Shown here one piece after another: positions 39,154 through 49,443 of a DNA stretch of 64,000 nucleotides. The position numbers and the translations under genes were made by a program. The stretch is from contig CAVYKB010000019.1 of assembly GCA_963768975.1 (NCBI GenBank), positions 198,688 to 262,687 on the forward strand, in the 5' to 3' direction. Below the pieces are notes generated by a model. That model worked only from the letters and a program-made list of their open reading frames with translations, was not told the DNA's origin and made no database searches. How positions within the stretch are numbered: position 1 is the stretch's first letter; every line of letters starts with the position of its first letter. Source of the DNA: an uncultured Acidimicrobiia bacterium. Its GTDB lineage: Bacteria > Actinomycetota > Acidimicrobiia > Acidimicrobiales > AC-14.

Positions 39154-39161
39154 TGGCGAGC

Positions 39162-41304
39162 ATGGTCTGCGGGTTCTGCTCGGTGGGGTGCTCGCTCGAC
39201 GTCAACGTGAAGGACGGCGTCGCCGTCTCGCTGACACCCACCAAGGACTACCCGGTGAACCTGGGCATGGCCTGCCCCAAGGGGTGGGAGGCCCTGACGC
39301 CCCTGCGGGCACCGGACCGGGCCACCACCCCGCTCCTGCGGCGGGCGAAGGACCAGCCGCAGGAGCCGGTCGACTGGCCGACCGCCCTCGACGCCATGGT
39401 CAGCCGGTTCAAGGCCGTCCAGGCCGAGCACGGCCCCGAGTCGGTGGCGTTCCTCTCCACCGGCCAGATCGCCTCGGAGGAGATGGCCCTGCTCGGCGCG
39501 CTGGCCAAGTTCGGCATGGGCATGGTCCACGGCGACGGCAACACCCGCCAGTGCATGGCCACCGCCGTCGTCGCCTACAAGGAGGCGTTCGGCTTCGACG
39601 CCCCGCCGTACACCTACGCCGACCTCGAGGAGTCCGACGTCATCGTGCTGTGGGGGGCCAACCCCTGCATCGCCCACCCGATCCTGTGGGAGCGCATCTG
39701 CCGCAACCGCCACCACCCCGAGATCGTCGTCGTCGACCCCCGGGTGACCGAGACCGCGGCTGCCGCCACCCAGCACTACCCCCTCCTGCCCAAGTCCGAC
39801 CTCACCCTGGCCTACGGCCTGGCCCACCTGCTCATCGCCTGGGGTGCGGTCGACAAGGACTTCGTCGCCAGGTCGACCTCGGGGTTCGAGGGCTTCGCCG
39901 CCCACGTGGAGGCCTTCACCCCGGAGCGGGTCAGCGCCGCCACCCGCCTACCGGTGGACGCCCTGGAGCTCATGGCCGACACCATCGCCTCGGGGAAGCG
40001 GGTGTCGTTCTGGTGGACCATGGGCGTCAACCAGAGCCACGAAGGCACCCGCCTGGCTCAGGCCATCATCGCCATCGGCCCTGCTCACCGGGAACATCGG
40101 CCGGCCCGGGACCGGCGCCAACTCGATCACCGGGCAGTGCAACGCCATGGGCTCCCGCCTGTGGGCCAACTGCACCAACCTGCTCGGCGGTCGGGACTTC
40201 GCCGACCCTGCAGCGCGGGCGGAGGTCGCCGGGATACTCGGGATCGAGGAGTCCTGCATCCCCGACCGTGGCAGCTGGGCTTACGACCAGATCGTCGAGG
40301 CCATCCGTCACGGCACGATCAAAGCCCTCTGGGTGGTCGCCACCAACACCGCTCATTCGTGGATCGACCAGGATGACGTCCGCAACCTGCTGGGGCGCCT
40401 GGATGTGCTCGTCGTGCAGGATCTCTACCCGACCACGGAGACGGCTCAGCTGGCCGACATCGTCCTGCCCGCCGCCGGCTGGGGCGAGAAGGAGGGCACG
40501 TTCGTCAACTCCGAGCGCCGGTACGGGCGCATCCGCCGGGTGGTGCGGGCGCCGGGCCAGGCCCTCGCCGACTTCTCCATCTTCAAACTCGTGGCCGACG
40601 CCTGGGGGTGCGGCGAGATGTTCGAGGAGTGGTCCTCGCCGGAGGCGGTCTTCGGCATCCTCCAGCGCCTGAGCGCCGGCCGCCCCTGCGACATCACGGG
40701 GATCGGTGGCTACGAGGAGATCGAAGCGTCGGGCGGGATCCAATGGCCCGCGCCGGCACGCGCCGCCGGCGGGGCTGGGGCCCCCGCCGCCAGTGGCGGG
40801 CGTGGTCCGAAGGACCCGGGTGCCCGCCACCAGGAAACACGGCTGTTCGAGGACGGGCGCTTCTTCCACCCTGACGGGAGGGCGCGGTTCATCTGGGAGG
40901 AGCCCAGGCCCGTCGCCGAGCCCACGACCGAGGAGTTCCCGTTCATCCTGCTCACCGGGCGGGGCAGCTCCAGCCAGTGGCACACCCAGACCCGCACGTC
41001 GAAGTCGGCGATCCTCCGCACCCTCTACCCGGAGAAGCCGTACGTCGAGATCTCGCCGGCGGATGCCGCCGCCCTCGGCGTAGCCCCCGACGATTGGGTC
41101 CTCGTCGCCTCGGCCCGGGGCGAGATGGAGGCCCGGGCCTACGTGACGCCGACCGTCGCCCCCGGCCAGGTCTTCGTTCCCATGCACTACGCCGGCACCA
41201 ACCGCCTGACCCGGCCCAGCTTCGACCCGTACTCCCGCCAACCGTCGTACAAGTCGGCCGCCGTGGGTGTCCGACCAATAGCGGAGCGTCCTCGGTACAG
41301 TTAG
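39162..41304 (+). pseudogene. molybdopterin (bis-MGD) oxidoreductase catalytic subunit, NasA-like assimilatory nitrate reductase, split by a +1 frameshift at about 40079-40081
   Basis: N-terminal Fe-S motif [14 protein letters not shown]...GMACPKGW (C-x2-C-x3-C...C) and no Tat motif. Frame 0 reads ...[20 protein letters not shown]. It then continues in the +1 frame as [26 protein letters not shown]... through to the molybdopterin-binding C-terminus. An extra C in ggcCCTg breaks the frame. Confidence 0.65.
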
Positions 41305-41308
41305 CCGT

Positions 41309-41629
41309 GTGGCCCCCCGAGTCGCCGAGCACATCGTTCGGGGACGGCTGTTTGGTCCCGACCGCTTGCTGCGCGTCGACCTCCACGGAATCTCGGAGTT
41401 CGGTGCCGGCGACGAGCGCGCCCTCATCCGGTGGGAGTGGGTCGAGGCGGTCGCGGTGGAGCGGGGATCGGTCGTCGTCCGCGGTGCCGACGAGGCCATC
41501 GTGATGCCCTCGGGTGCCTTCGGCCTGACCACCGACGACCTGGCCGAGGAGCTCGAACGGGCCCGAGCCATCCACCACCGCTCCGACGTGATCGCCCGGC
41601 TGACCACCGACGCCGGCGACGACGAATGA
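41309..41629 (+). CDS. hypothetical protein (106 aa)
   Basis: Coding-like codon usage. Translationally coupled (ATGA) to the downstream membrane protein gene. Confidence 0.4.
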   Translation: MAPRVAEHIVRGRLFGPDRLLRVDLHGISEFGAGDERALIRWEWVEAVAVERGSVVVRGADEAIVMPSGAFGLTTDDLAEELERARAIHHRSDVIARLTTDAGDDE

Positions 41630-42000
41630 AGCTCCCTCGCCCGCCCCGGCCCTCGCCCCGCCAGCTCAGTGCCGCGCTGGCGATCCTCGGTCTGCTGGCC
41701 GGGCTGGCGTTCGTGCTCTTGCCTGTGGAAGCTTCCCTCGACGATGACCCCCTCCTCGGCCTGGTGCCCTTCTCGCCGGCTCTGGGCCAGGCCGTGGCCC
41801 GGGTCGACTGCGGGGCGCCGGTGACAAACTTCGGCCGGCGGTCGGACGACCTCAGCTTGGCCTCGCTGGCTCGCGACGGCGTCTGTCGCAACGCGGCGGC
41901 CAAGCGGGCGGCGACTGCGGTGGCGGCGGTGGCACTGGCCGGCGTCCTCGGCCTCATCACCTTCGCCGGGGCCCGCAATCGCGAACTGGCGGTGGCGTGA
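41626..42000 (+). CDS. hypothetical membrane protein (two TM helices flanking a Cys-containing loop)
   Basis: [34 protein letters not shown]... [21 protein letters not shown]. Overlaps on both sides (ATGA / GTGA). Confidence 0.45.
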   Translation: MKLPRPPRPSPRQLSAALAILGLLAGLAFVLLPVEASLDDDPLLGLVPFSPALGQAVARVDCGAPVTNFGRRSDDLSLASLARDGVCRNAAAKRAATAVAAVALAGVLGLITFAGARNRELAVA

Positions 42001-42743
42001 TGGCCGGCGAGCCGCTCGTGGTCATGGAGAAGGTCAACAAGCACTTCGGCGACCTCCACGTCCTCCAAGACATCGACCTCACCGTCGACAAGGGCGAAGT
42101 CGTCGTCGTCATCGGCCCGTCCGGCTCCGGCAAGTCCACGCTGTGCCGCTGCATCAACCGCCTCGAGCCCATCGGCTCGGGGACCATCACGATCGACGGC
42201 GTGGCCCTGCCCGAGGAGGGCAAGGGCCTGGCCCGGCTGCGGGCCGACGTGGGAATGGTCTTCCAGTCCTTCAACCTGTTCGCCCACAAGACGATCCTCC
42301 AGAACGTCACCCTCGGTCCCATGCGGGTGCGCAAGCTCTCGAAGAACGCAGCCCGCGAGCGGGGCATGAAGCTCCTCACCCGGGTCGGAATTGCCGAGAA
42401 GGCCGACAGCTACCCCGCCGAGCTGTCGGGTGGCCAGCAGCAGCGGGCGGCCATCGCCCGGGCGCTGGCCATGGAGCCCAAGCTCATGCTCTTCGACGAG
42501 CCGACGTCCGCCCTCGACCCCGAGATGATCAAAGAGGTGCTCGACGTCATGGTGGAGCTCGCCCGCGAGGGGACCACCATGGTGGTGGTCTCCCACGAGA
42601 TGGGCTTCGCCCGTTCCGCGGCCCAGCGGGTGGCCTTCATGGACGGCGGGCGGATCATGGAGATCGCCACTCCCGAGCAGTTCTTCAGCCACCCCGAAAC
42701 CGACCGGGCCAAGGACTTCCTGTCGAAGATCCTGGCCCACTGA
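41997..42743 (+). CDS. polar amino-acid ABC transporter ATP-binding protein (GlnQ/ArtP-like)
   Basis: Walker [10 protein letters not shown], signature [15 protein letters not shown], Walker [13 protein letters not shown]-loop. Confidence 0.92.
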   Translation: MMAGEPLVVMEKVNKHFGDLHVLQDIDLTVDKGEVVVVIGPSGSGKSTLCRCINRLEPIGSGTITIDGVALPEEGKGLARLRADVGMVFQSFNLFAHKTILQNVTLGPMRVRKLSKNAARERGMKLLTRVGIAEKADSYPAELSGGQQQRAAIARALAMEPKLMLFDEPTSALDPEMIKEVLDVMVELAREGTTMVVVSHEMGFARSAAQRVAFMDGGRIMEIATPEQFFSHPETDRAKDFLSKILAH

Positions 42744-42781
42744 GTGTTCAGTACCGAGCAACACAACCTGAGGAGAGAGCG

Positions 42782-43732
42782 ATGGGAAATATCCGTTTGA
42801 TGGCAGCCTCGCTGGCTGCCCTTGCGCTTGTAGCAACCGCCTGTGGTGACGACGAGGACCCAGCCGTCAGCGGTGGGCAGTCCACCGCCACGACAACGGC
42901 CTCCAAGCCGACCTTCGCCGCCGGGACGACCATGGCCTCGCTCCAGAGCAAGGGCAAGATCGTCGTCGGCGTGAAGTTCGACCAGCCCGGCCTGGGCCAG
43001 AAGAACCCCGTCACCAACAAGGTGGAGGGCTTCGACGTCGAGATCGCCAAGCAGATCGCGCTGGGCATCTTCGGCGGCAGCATCAACGACATCGAGAGCA
43101 AGATCGAGTTCCGGGAGTCCATCACGGCCAACCGTGAGGTCTTCCTCGAGAACGGCACGGTCGACATGGTCGTCGCCACCTACACCATCAACGACGCCCG
43201 CAAGCAGCGGATCGACTTCGCCGGCCCGTACTACATCGCCGGCCAGGACATCATGGTCAAGGCCAACGACACCAGCATCAAGGGTGTCAACGACCTGGCC
43301 GGGAAGAAGACCTGCAGCGTCCGCAACTCGACGCCGGCTGCCAACATCAAGCGCCTGGTCCCGACCGCAGACCTGACCGAGTTCGACCAGTACTCCGACT
43401 GTGTCCAGGCCCTCAGGGACAACCGGGTCACGTCGGTGACCACCGACAACTCGATCCTCCTCGGCTTCGTGGCCGCTAGCCCCACCGAGTTCAAGATCGT
43501 GGGCAACAAGTTCACCGACGAGCCCTATGGCATCGGTGTCAAGCGCGGTGACGACGCCTTCCGCACCTACATCAACGACCGGCTGGAGGCCATCTACGCC
43601 AACGGCGAGTGGGCCAAACTGTTTGTCGCCACCCTGGGTAAACTGGGCATCCCCACGCCCACCCCGCCGCCGGTGAACCGCTACGCCTCCGCCGGCGCGG
43701 CGCCGGCTACTACCACCACCGCCCGGCCGTAG
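42782..43732 (+). CDS. polar amino-acid ABC transporter substrate-binding lipoprotein (family 3)
   Basis: Lipobox LAALALVATACGD. SBP_bac_3-like core KIVVGVKFDQPGLG...TYTINDARKQRIDFAGPYY. Confidence 0.85.
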   Translation: MGNIRLMAASLAALALVATACGDDEDPAVSGGQSTATTTASKPTFAAGTTMASLQSKGKIVVGVKFDQPGLGQKNPVTNKVEGFDVEIAKQIALGIFGGSINDIESKIEFRESITANREVFLENGTVDMVVATYTINDARKQRIDFAGPYYIAGQDIMVKANDTSIKGVNDLAGKKTCSVRNSTPAANIKRLVPTADLTEFDQYSDCVQALRDNRVTSVTTDNSILLGFVAASPTEFKIVGNKFTDEPYGIGVKRGDDAFRTYINDRLEAIYANGEWAKLFVATLGKLGIPTPTPPPVNRYASAGAAPATTTTARP

Positions 43733-43783
43733 CGCCGGTTCTCGGACGGGTCCACGGGGTCAACGAAATGACGCACTGACCCC

Positions 43784-44428
43784 GTGGACGTCGTCTTCGA
43801 CAACCTCGACGTCTTCCTGGAAGGCATGCGCCGGACCGCGGAGCTGAGCGTGCTGTCCTTCGTCTTCGCCTTCCTGGTGGGCATCCTCCTGGCCGCATTC
43901 CGGGTCAGCCCCGTGCCGCCGCTGCGCTGGGCCGCGGCCACCTTCGTCGAGCTGGTCCGTAACACCCCGCTGCTGGTGCTCATGTTCATCGTGGTGTTCG
44001 CCTTCCCCAGCATCGGCTTCACTTGGTCGTACTTCCTGTCAGCCGTCGTCGTGCTCTCGGCCTACACGGCCACCTTCGTGGGCGAGACGGTCCGATCGGG
44101 CATCAACTCGGTTTCCAAGGGCCAGGTCGAGGCGGCCCGGGCCCTCGGCCTGACGTTTCCCCAGGTGCTGCGCATGGTGGTCATGCCGCAGGCGCTGCGC
44201 ACCGTCGTGGGCCCCCTGGGTGGCATCTTCATCGCTCTCCTGAAGAACTCCGGCGTGGCCGTCGCCATCAACGTGCCCGAGTTGACCAGCGCGGCCAACC
44301 AGGTGGGCACGGACACGGCCCAGTTCATCCCCGCCTTCCTCGGCGCGGCCACCGCCTACCTCGTGCTGACCATCCCGTCGGGCTTCGCCACGACGTGGCT
44401 CGAGCGCCGGCTGGCGATTAAGCGATGA
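43784..44428 (+). CDS. amino-acid ABC transporter permease (HisM/GlnP-like)
   Basis: EAA-type loop AARALGLTFPQVLRMVVMPQALR, 5 TM segments. Confidence 0.85.
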   Translation: MDVVFDNLDVFLEGMRRTAELSVLSFVFAFLVGILLAAFRVSPVPPLRWAAATFVELVRNTPLLVLMFIVVFAFPSIGFTWSYFLSAVVVLSAYTATFVGETVRSGINSVSKGQVEAARALGLTFPQVLRMVVMPQALRTVVGPLGGIFIALLKNSGVAVAINVPELTSAANQVGTDTAQFIPAFLGAATAYLVLTIPSGFATTWLERRLAIKR

Positions 44429-45324
44429 CCGCGCCGTTCCTCGGAGACGCGCTCGGGCCGAAGGGCCGGCGCCAGACCCGCATCCTCACCGTTATCAGCG
44501 CGGCCGTGATCCTGGGTTTCCTCTTTGTGGCCTTCTCCCGGCTGGCCGAGAAGGGCCAGCTCGACGAGGCCAAGTGGGAGCCGTTCACCCAGTGGCCCGT
44601 CCAGAAGTTCTTGCTCGAGGGGTTGCGGACCACGGTGGAGGTGTCGCTGGTCTCCATGGTCGGGGCCATGGTGCTGGGCACGTTCCTGGCCCTGGCCCGC
44701 CTGGCCCGCACCGGGGCCATCCGCTGGACCACGACGCTGTTCGTGGAGTTCTTCCGGGGCCTGCCGCTCGTGCTGCTGATCTTCTTCTGCGCCCTGGGGC
44801 TGCCCGCCTACGGCGTCGACCTGTCGGTCTTCTGGTATGTCGCCATCGGCTTGATCGTCTACAACGGCTGTGTCCTCGGTGAGATCTTCCGGGCCGGGAT
44901 CCTGTCGCTCGACCGGGGCCAGACCGAGGCGGCCTACGCCCTGGGCATGGGCTACTGGCAGGCCATGTTCCTGGTGATCATCCCCCAGGCGGCGCGGCGC
45001 ATGATCCCCGCCATCGTCAGCCAGCTGGTCACCCTGCTCAAGGACTCCTCGCTGGGTGCCGCGGTGGCGTTCGAGGAGGCGCTGCGCCGGGCCCGGATCA
45101 ACGGCGAGTTCTTCCAGAACCCCCTGCAGTCGCTCTTCGTGGTCGCCGTGCTCTACATCGTCGTGAATTTCGCCCTGAGCATGCTGGCCCGCCGCCTCGA
45201 GGTCCGCCAGCGCCGGCGGTACAACTCCGGCGCCATCGTCGTCGCCGGCGCCGGGATGGAGGTGGCCCTCATCGGCGCCGTCGGGGAGGCGGCCGAGGGG
45301 AGGGACTCGACTACCGGAGCTTGA
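44425..45324 (+). CDS. amino-acid ABC transporter permease (second subunit)
   Basis: EAA loop AAYALGMGYWQAMFLVIIPQAARRMIPA. ATGA overlap with the upstream permease. Confidence 0.85.
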   Translation: MTAPFLGDALGPKGRRQTRILTVISAAVILGFLFVAFSRLAEKGQLDEAKWEPFTQWPVQKFLLEGLRTTVEVSLVSMVGAMVLGTFLALARLARTGAIRWTTTLFVEFFRGLPLVLLIFFCALGLPAYGVDLSVFWYVAIGLIVYNGCVLGEIFRAGILSLDRGQTEAAYALGMGYWQAMFLVIIPQAARRMIPAIVSQLVTLLKDSSLGAAVAFEEALRRARINGEFFQNPLQSLFVVAVLYIVVNFALSMLARRLEVRQRRRYNSGAIVVAGAGMEVALIGAVGEAAEGRDSTTGA

Positions 45325-45949
45325 GGCTGCCGGCGATGGTGGAGGCCACCTCGGCCGGCGCCGCGGCCACCGTGAGGATGTAGGCCTTGCCATTCTCCAG
45401 CAGGTAGTACTGGATCGAGTCGGTGGGGACGGTGCCGTCGTCGGTTTGGACGGGAATGCGGAAAGCCAGCCTGATCGCCGGCTTGCCGGCCATCGTCGCC
45501 GGCTCCTGGTTGAAGTTGGAGGCCTGCACGCCCCGGAGGGCCTCGATGGAGGCGGTGACAACCTCCGCGACCGTCTTCTGGTCGGGCTTGTCGGCGGTGA
45601 GGTTGGCGTTGGCCACGCCGTCGGTGGCGACGGCCATGAACAGCCCGCCCGACTGGCCCAGGACCCGGGCCTGGTTGAGGATCGACGCCAGCTTGGGATT
45701 GGCCAGGCGCAGGGAGTTGGCGCTCTTGTCGAAGTCGGCAGGGTTGATGCTCAGCGGGATCTGGGTCCAGCTCGCCGGCACGGCGAGGGCGAAACCCTCC
45801 TTGTCGTCGCTGGCCACGGTGTAGCCGTCGGGCGCGGTGATGGCTGGCGCCTTGGGGTCACCGCCGCAGCCGGCCATGGCCAGGAAGAGGAGACACAGGG
45901 CCGCGGCCGCCGCACGAGTAGAGGCTGGCAACCTAGAGGGCTGAGTCAC
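45311..45949 (-). CDS. hypothetical lipoprotein
   Basis: Lipobox LCLLFLAMAGCGG after a basic N-terminus. Start set at the GTG at 45949. Confidence 0.55.
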   Translation of the reverse strand: MTQPSRLPASTRAAAAALCLLFLAMAGCGGDPKAPAITAPDGYTVASDDKEGFALAVPASWTQIPLSINPADFDKSANSLRLANPKLASILNQARVLGQSGGLFMAVATDGVANANLTADKPDQKTVAEVVTASIEALRGVQASNFNQEPATMAGKPAIRLAFRIPVQTDDGTVPTDSIQYYLLENGKAYILTVAAAPAEVASTIAGSLKLR

Positions 45950-45971
45950 CGGCACAGGATACGTGTGCCGG

Positions 45972-46958
45972 TCAGCTGCGGGACAGCAATCCCACCGCAT
46001 CCCTCGCCCGGGTGAGGGTGGCGCCGGCGACCGCCTCCGCCTTCTCGGCCCCGCGCCGGAGTGTGACCCGCACGGCCTCGGGATCGGCGGCGAGGGCCTG
46101 GTAGCGCTCCCGTACGGGCCGGACCAGCTCGATCACCGCGTCGGCGGCATCGGCCTTGAGCGGGCCGTACTGGGAGTACCCGCCGGCCAGGTCCTCGGGC
46201 CGGCGGCCGGTGGCCGCGGCGAGGATGGCCAGGAGGTTGGAGACGCCCGGCTTCTTCTCGGGGTCGAACTCCACGTCGGTGCCGGTGTCGGTGACGGCCC
46301 GCTTGAACTTGCGGGCGATGGTGTCGGGCTCGTCGAGGAGCAGGACAGTGCCCTGCGGCGACTCGGCCGACTTGGACATCTTGGCGGTCGGCTTCTGAAG
46401 ATCCATGATCCGCGCCCCGACCTTGGGGAGCACGGCTTCGGGCACGACGAACGTGTCGCCGTAGCGGTGATTGAACCGCAGGGCGATGTCGCGGCAGAGC
46501 TCCAGGTGCTGGCGCTGGTCCTCGCCGACGGGCACCCGGTCGGCGTCGTAGAGCAGGATGTCGGCCGCCTGGAGGACGGGATAGGTGAAGAGGCCGACCC
46601 GGGCCGACTCCTCGCCGTCCTTGGATTTCTCCTTGAACTGCACCATGCGCCGTAGCTCTCCCATGCTGGCCACGCACTCGAGGATCCACGACAGCTCGGG
46701 GTGCTGGTGGACGTGGCTCTGCACGAAGAGGGTGCACACCTCGGGGTCGAGGCCGGCGGCGACGAGCAGGAGGGTGAGCTCCAGCGTCTTGGCCCGGAGC
46801 TCGGCCGGGTCGCGGGGCACCGTGATGGCGTGGAGGTCGACCACGCAGAAGTAGGAATCCTGCACGTGCTGGTCCTCGACCCAGTTCCGGATGGCGCCCA
46901 GGTAGTTGCCGAGGTGGATGTCGCCGGTGGGCTGGATGCCGGACAGGACTCTGGCCAT
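45972..46958 (-). CDS. trpS: tryptophan--tRNA ligase
   Basis: HIGH-type motif GIQPTGDIHLGNYLGA and KMSKS motif present, 328 aa. Confidence 0.95.
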   Translation of the reverse strand: MARVLSGIQPTGDIHLGNYLGAIRNWVEDQHVQDSYFCVVDLHAITVPRDPAELRAKTLELTLLLVAAGLDPEVCTLFVQSHVHQHPELSWILECVASMGELRRMVQFKEKSKDGEESARVGLFTYPVLQAADILLYDADRVPVGEDQRQHLELCRDIALRFNHRYGDTFVVPEAVLPKVGARIMDLQKPTAKMSKSAESPQGTVLLLDEPDTIARKFKRAVTDTGTDVEFDPEKKPGVSNLLAILAAATGRRPEDLAGGYSQYGPLKADAADAVIELVRPVRERYQALAADPEAVRVTLRRGAEKAEAVAGATLTRARDAVGLLSRS

Positions 46959-47011
46959 GGGTGGCGATGGTATGCGGGGGCCGGCGGACCCCGCCCGGTA
47001 TTCTCCGGGGC

Positions 47012-47788
47012 GTGTCGTACGCGGTCCACACCGATGTCTACGAGGGGCCCTTCGACCTCCTGCTCCACCTCATCCTGCGCGACGAGGTGGATCTCTACGA
47101 GATCTCTCTCAGCCGCATCGTCGACGGCTTCCTGGCCCACCTGGACAGCGTGGTCGCCGCCCTCGACCTGGACGTGACCACCGAGTTCCTCGTAATCGCC
47201 GCCACCCTGGTCGACCTGAAGGCCCGCCGGCTGCTGCCCGGGCCGGTCGACGTGGAGGTCGACGAGGAGCTAGCCCTGTTCGAGCACCGCGATCTGCTGC
47301 TGGCCAGGCTCATCGAGGCCAAGACGTTCCGCGACGCCGGCAGCGCCCTGGAGGGCCTGGCCCAGGCCGCCAGCCGGTCCTGGCCCCGCACCGCCGGCTT
47401 GGAGGAGCGGTTCCTCGACATGGCCCCCGACCTGCTGGCCGGCGTCACCCCGGCTGACGTCCACGCCGCGTGGCTGCGGGTTTCCGCGCCGGCGGCGCCG
47501 CCACCCCGGGTCGTGCTCGACCACGTGGCGCCGATCAGGGTGAGCATGGAGGAGGCGGTCGACGACCTCCTCTCCCGCCTCCCCGGCGCCGGCCACCTCA
47601 CGTTCCGGGCGCTGACCGAGGGCCTGACCGACCGCATCGAGGTCATCGTGCGGTTCCTGGCCGTCCTCGAGCTCTACAAGCAGGGCCTGATCGAGATCGG
47701 CCAGGCGATCACCTTCGGCGACCTGGAGCTGACCTGGGTGGGGGAGGAGGGCTCCGTCCTCGCCGGCATGGATTCCTACGATGGCTAG
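47012..47788 (+). CDS. scpA: segregation and condensation protein A
   Basis: N-terminus VYEGPFDLLLHLILRDEVDLYEISL. Start set at the GTG at 47012, with the upstream ORF extension rejected. Confidence 0.85.
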   Translation: MSYAVHTDVYEGPFDLLLHLILRDEVDLYEISLSRIVDGFLAHLDSVVAALDLDVTTEFLVIAATLVDLKARRLLPGPVDVEVDEELALFEHRDLLLARLIEAKTFRDAGSALEGLAQAASRSWPRTAGLEERFLDMAPDLLAGVTPADVHAAWLRVSAPAAPPPRVVLDHVAPIRVSMEEAVDDLLSRLPGAGHLTFRALTEGLTDRIEVIVRFLAVLELYKQGLIEIGQAITFGDLELTWVGEEGSVLAGMDSYDG

Positions 47789-48347
47789 CGAAACGCGCCG
47801 AGCGGTAGAGGCCGTCTTGATGGTGGCCGACGAGCCGGTCGAGCCCCATCTGCTGGCCCAGCTCCTGGAGATCAGCCCGGCCCGGGTTGACGAGCTGTGC
47901 GAGGAGCTGGCCGCCGCTTACGAGGCCGAGGACCGGGGTTTCGTCCTGGCCCGGGTGGCCGGCGGATGGCGGTTCCAGAGCCACCCGGACCTCGCCCCCT
48001 ACATCGAGCGCTTCGTGCTCGATGGCCAGCCGTCCCGCCTCTCGCCGGCGGCGCTGGAGACGCTCGCCATCGTGGCCTACAAGCAGCCGGTCTCCCGGGC
48101 CCAGGTGGCGGTGATCCGGGGCGTGAACGCCGATGCGGTGATGCGCACGCTCTCCCAGCGGGGGTACGTCGAGGAGGTCGGCCGCGACCCCGGCCCCGGC
48201 CAGGCCGTGCTCTACGGGACCAGCCGGCTGTTCCTCGAGCGCCTCGGCGTCGACTCCCTGGCCGATCTGCCGGCCCTGGGCGACTTCGTCCCGAGCGCGG
48301 AAGTCGTCGAGGCACTCGAGCGGGGTCTGGGCGCCGACGACCCGTGA
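47781..48347 (+). CDS. scpB: segregation and condensation protein B
   Basis: AVLMVADEPVEPHLLAQLL... SPAALETLAIVAYKQPVSRAQVAVIRGVN, typical ScpB winged helices. Confidence 0.88.
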   Translation: MASETRRAVEAVLMVADEPVEPHLLAQLLEISPARVDELCEELAAAYEAEDRGFVLARVAGGWRFQSHPDLAPYIERFVLDGQPSRLSPAALETLAIVAYKQPVSRAQVAVIRGVNADAVMRTLSQRGYVEEVGRDPGPGQAVLYGTSRLFLERLGVDSLADLPALGDFVPSAEVVEALERGLGADDP

Positions 48348-49078
48348 GTCTCTCCGAAGGCGAGCGCCTCCAGAAGGTGCTGGCCGCCGCCGGCCTCGGG
48401 AGCCGGCGGGTATGTGAGATCCTCATCGACGAGGAGCGGGTCACCGTCAACGGTGAGGTCGCGATCCTGGGCCGGCGGGTCGACCCGGAGACCGACCGCA
48501 TCGAGGTCGACGGCCTGCGCGTGCCGGTGCGGCCGGGCCTGGTGACCTACGTGCTCAACAAGCCGCGAGGCGTGGTGAGCACGGCGAGCGATCCCCAGGG
48601 CCGGCCGACGGTCGTCGAGATGGTCCCCGCCGAGCCTCGCGTCTTCCCGGTCGGCCGCCTCGACACCGACACCGAGGGCCTGCTGCTGCTCACCAACGAC
48701 GGCGATCTCGCCCATCGCCTGACCCACCCGTCCTTCGGTGTCGACAAGGAATACCTGGCTGAGGTGGAGGGCAGCCCCACGCCGGCCGAACTGCGCCGGC
48801 TCCGCCACGGCATCGAGCTGGAGGACGGGATGACGGCGCCGGCCAGGGCGTCGCTGACCGCGCCCGGCGCCGTGCGGCTGGTCATCCACGAGGGTCGCAA
48901 CCGCCAGGTCCGGCGCATGCTGGAAGCGGTTGGCCACCCCGTGAAGCGGCTGGTCCGCACCCGCATCGGCCCGCTGGCCGACCGCCGGCTCCGGCCGGGG
49001 GAGTGGCGGGTGCTGGAGCTGGAGGAGGTGCGCGCCCTCGAAGCGGCGGCCCTGCCCCGCAGTAGATTCGAGGCGTGA
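48344..49078 (+). CDS. rluB: 23S rRNA pseudouridine synthase (RluB/RsuA family) with an N-terminal S4 domain
   Basis: S4 LQKVLAAAGLGSRRVCEILIDEERVTVNG and catalytic PVGRLDTDTEGLLLLTNDG. GTG at 48344 overlaps the scpB stop (GTGA). Confidence 0.85.
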   Translation: MSLSEGERLQKVLAAAGLGSRRVCEILIDEERVTVNGEVAILGRRVDPETDRIEVDGLRVPVRPGLVTYVLNKPRGVVSTASDPQGRPTVVEMVPAEPRVFPVGRLDTDTEGLLLLTNDGDLAHRLTHPSFGVDKEYLAEVEGSPTPAELRRLRHGIELEDGMTAPARASLTAPGAVRLVIHEGRNRQVRRMLEAVGHPVKRLVRTRIGPLADRRLRPGEWRVLELEEVRALEAAALPRSRFEA

Positions 49079-49443
49079 CCCCCGCCGTCCGGGCCCTGCG
49101 AGGGGCGACCACCGTCGACGCCGACACCCCGGAGCAGATCAACGAGCGGGTCGGGGCGCTGGTAAACGAGATGCTGGCCCGCAACGGGGTCGGCAAAGAT
49201 GACCTGATCAGCGTCATCTTCACCGCCACCGACGACGTCACGTCCATGTTCCCGGCTGCCGCCGCCCGCGCCGTCGGGCTGGGCGACGTGCCCCTCCTGT
49301 GCGCCCGCGAACTGGCCATCGTCGGCGGCACCCCCCGCTGCATCCGGGTGCTGATGCACCTGACCACCGAGCGCTCCCGGGCCGAGCTGCGCCATGTGTA
49401 CCTGGCCGGCGCCGAGGGGCTCCGCGATGACCTCCCCATCTAG
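49075..49443 (+). CDS. aroH: monofunctional chorismate mutase, AroH class
   Basis: LRGATTVDADTPEQI... and CIRVLMHLTT...RHVYLAGAEGLRDDL align with the B. subtilis AroH signature. 122 aa. Confidence 0.85.
   Translation: MTPAVRALRGATTVDADTPEQINERVGALVNEMLARNGVGKDDLISVIFTATDDVTSMFPAAAARAVGLGDVPLLCARELAIVGGTPRCIRVLMHLTTERSRAELRHVYLAGAEGLRDDLPI

Noticed and set aside
37824-39161. N-terminal 446 aa of ORF 37824..40376
   Set aside because: This part is frame-0 read-through of the Fe-S/anchor gene region (Arg/Pro/Gly-rich). The molybdopterin enzyme starts at the ATG at 39162.
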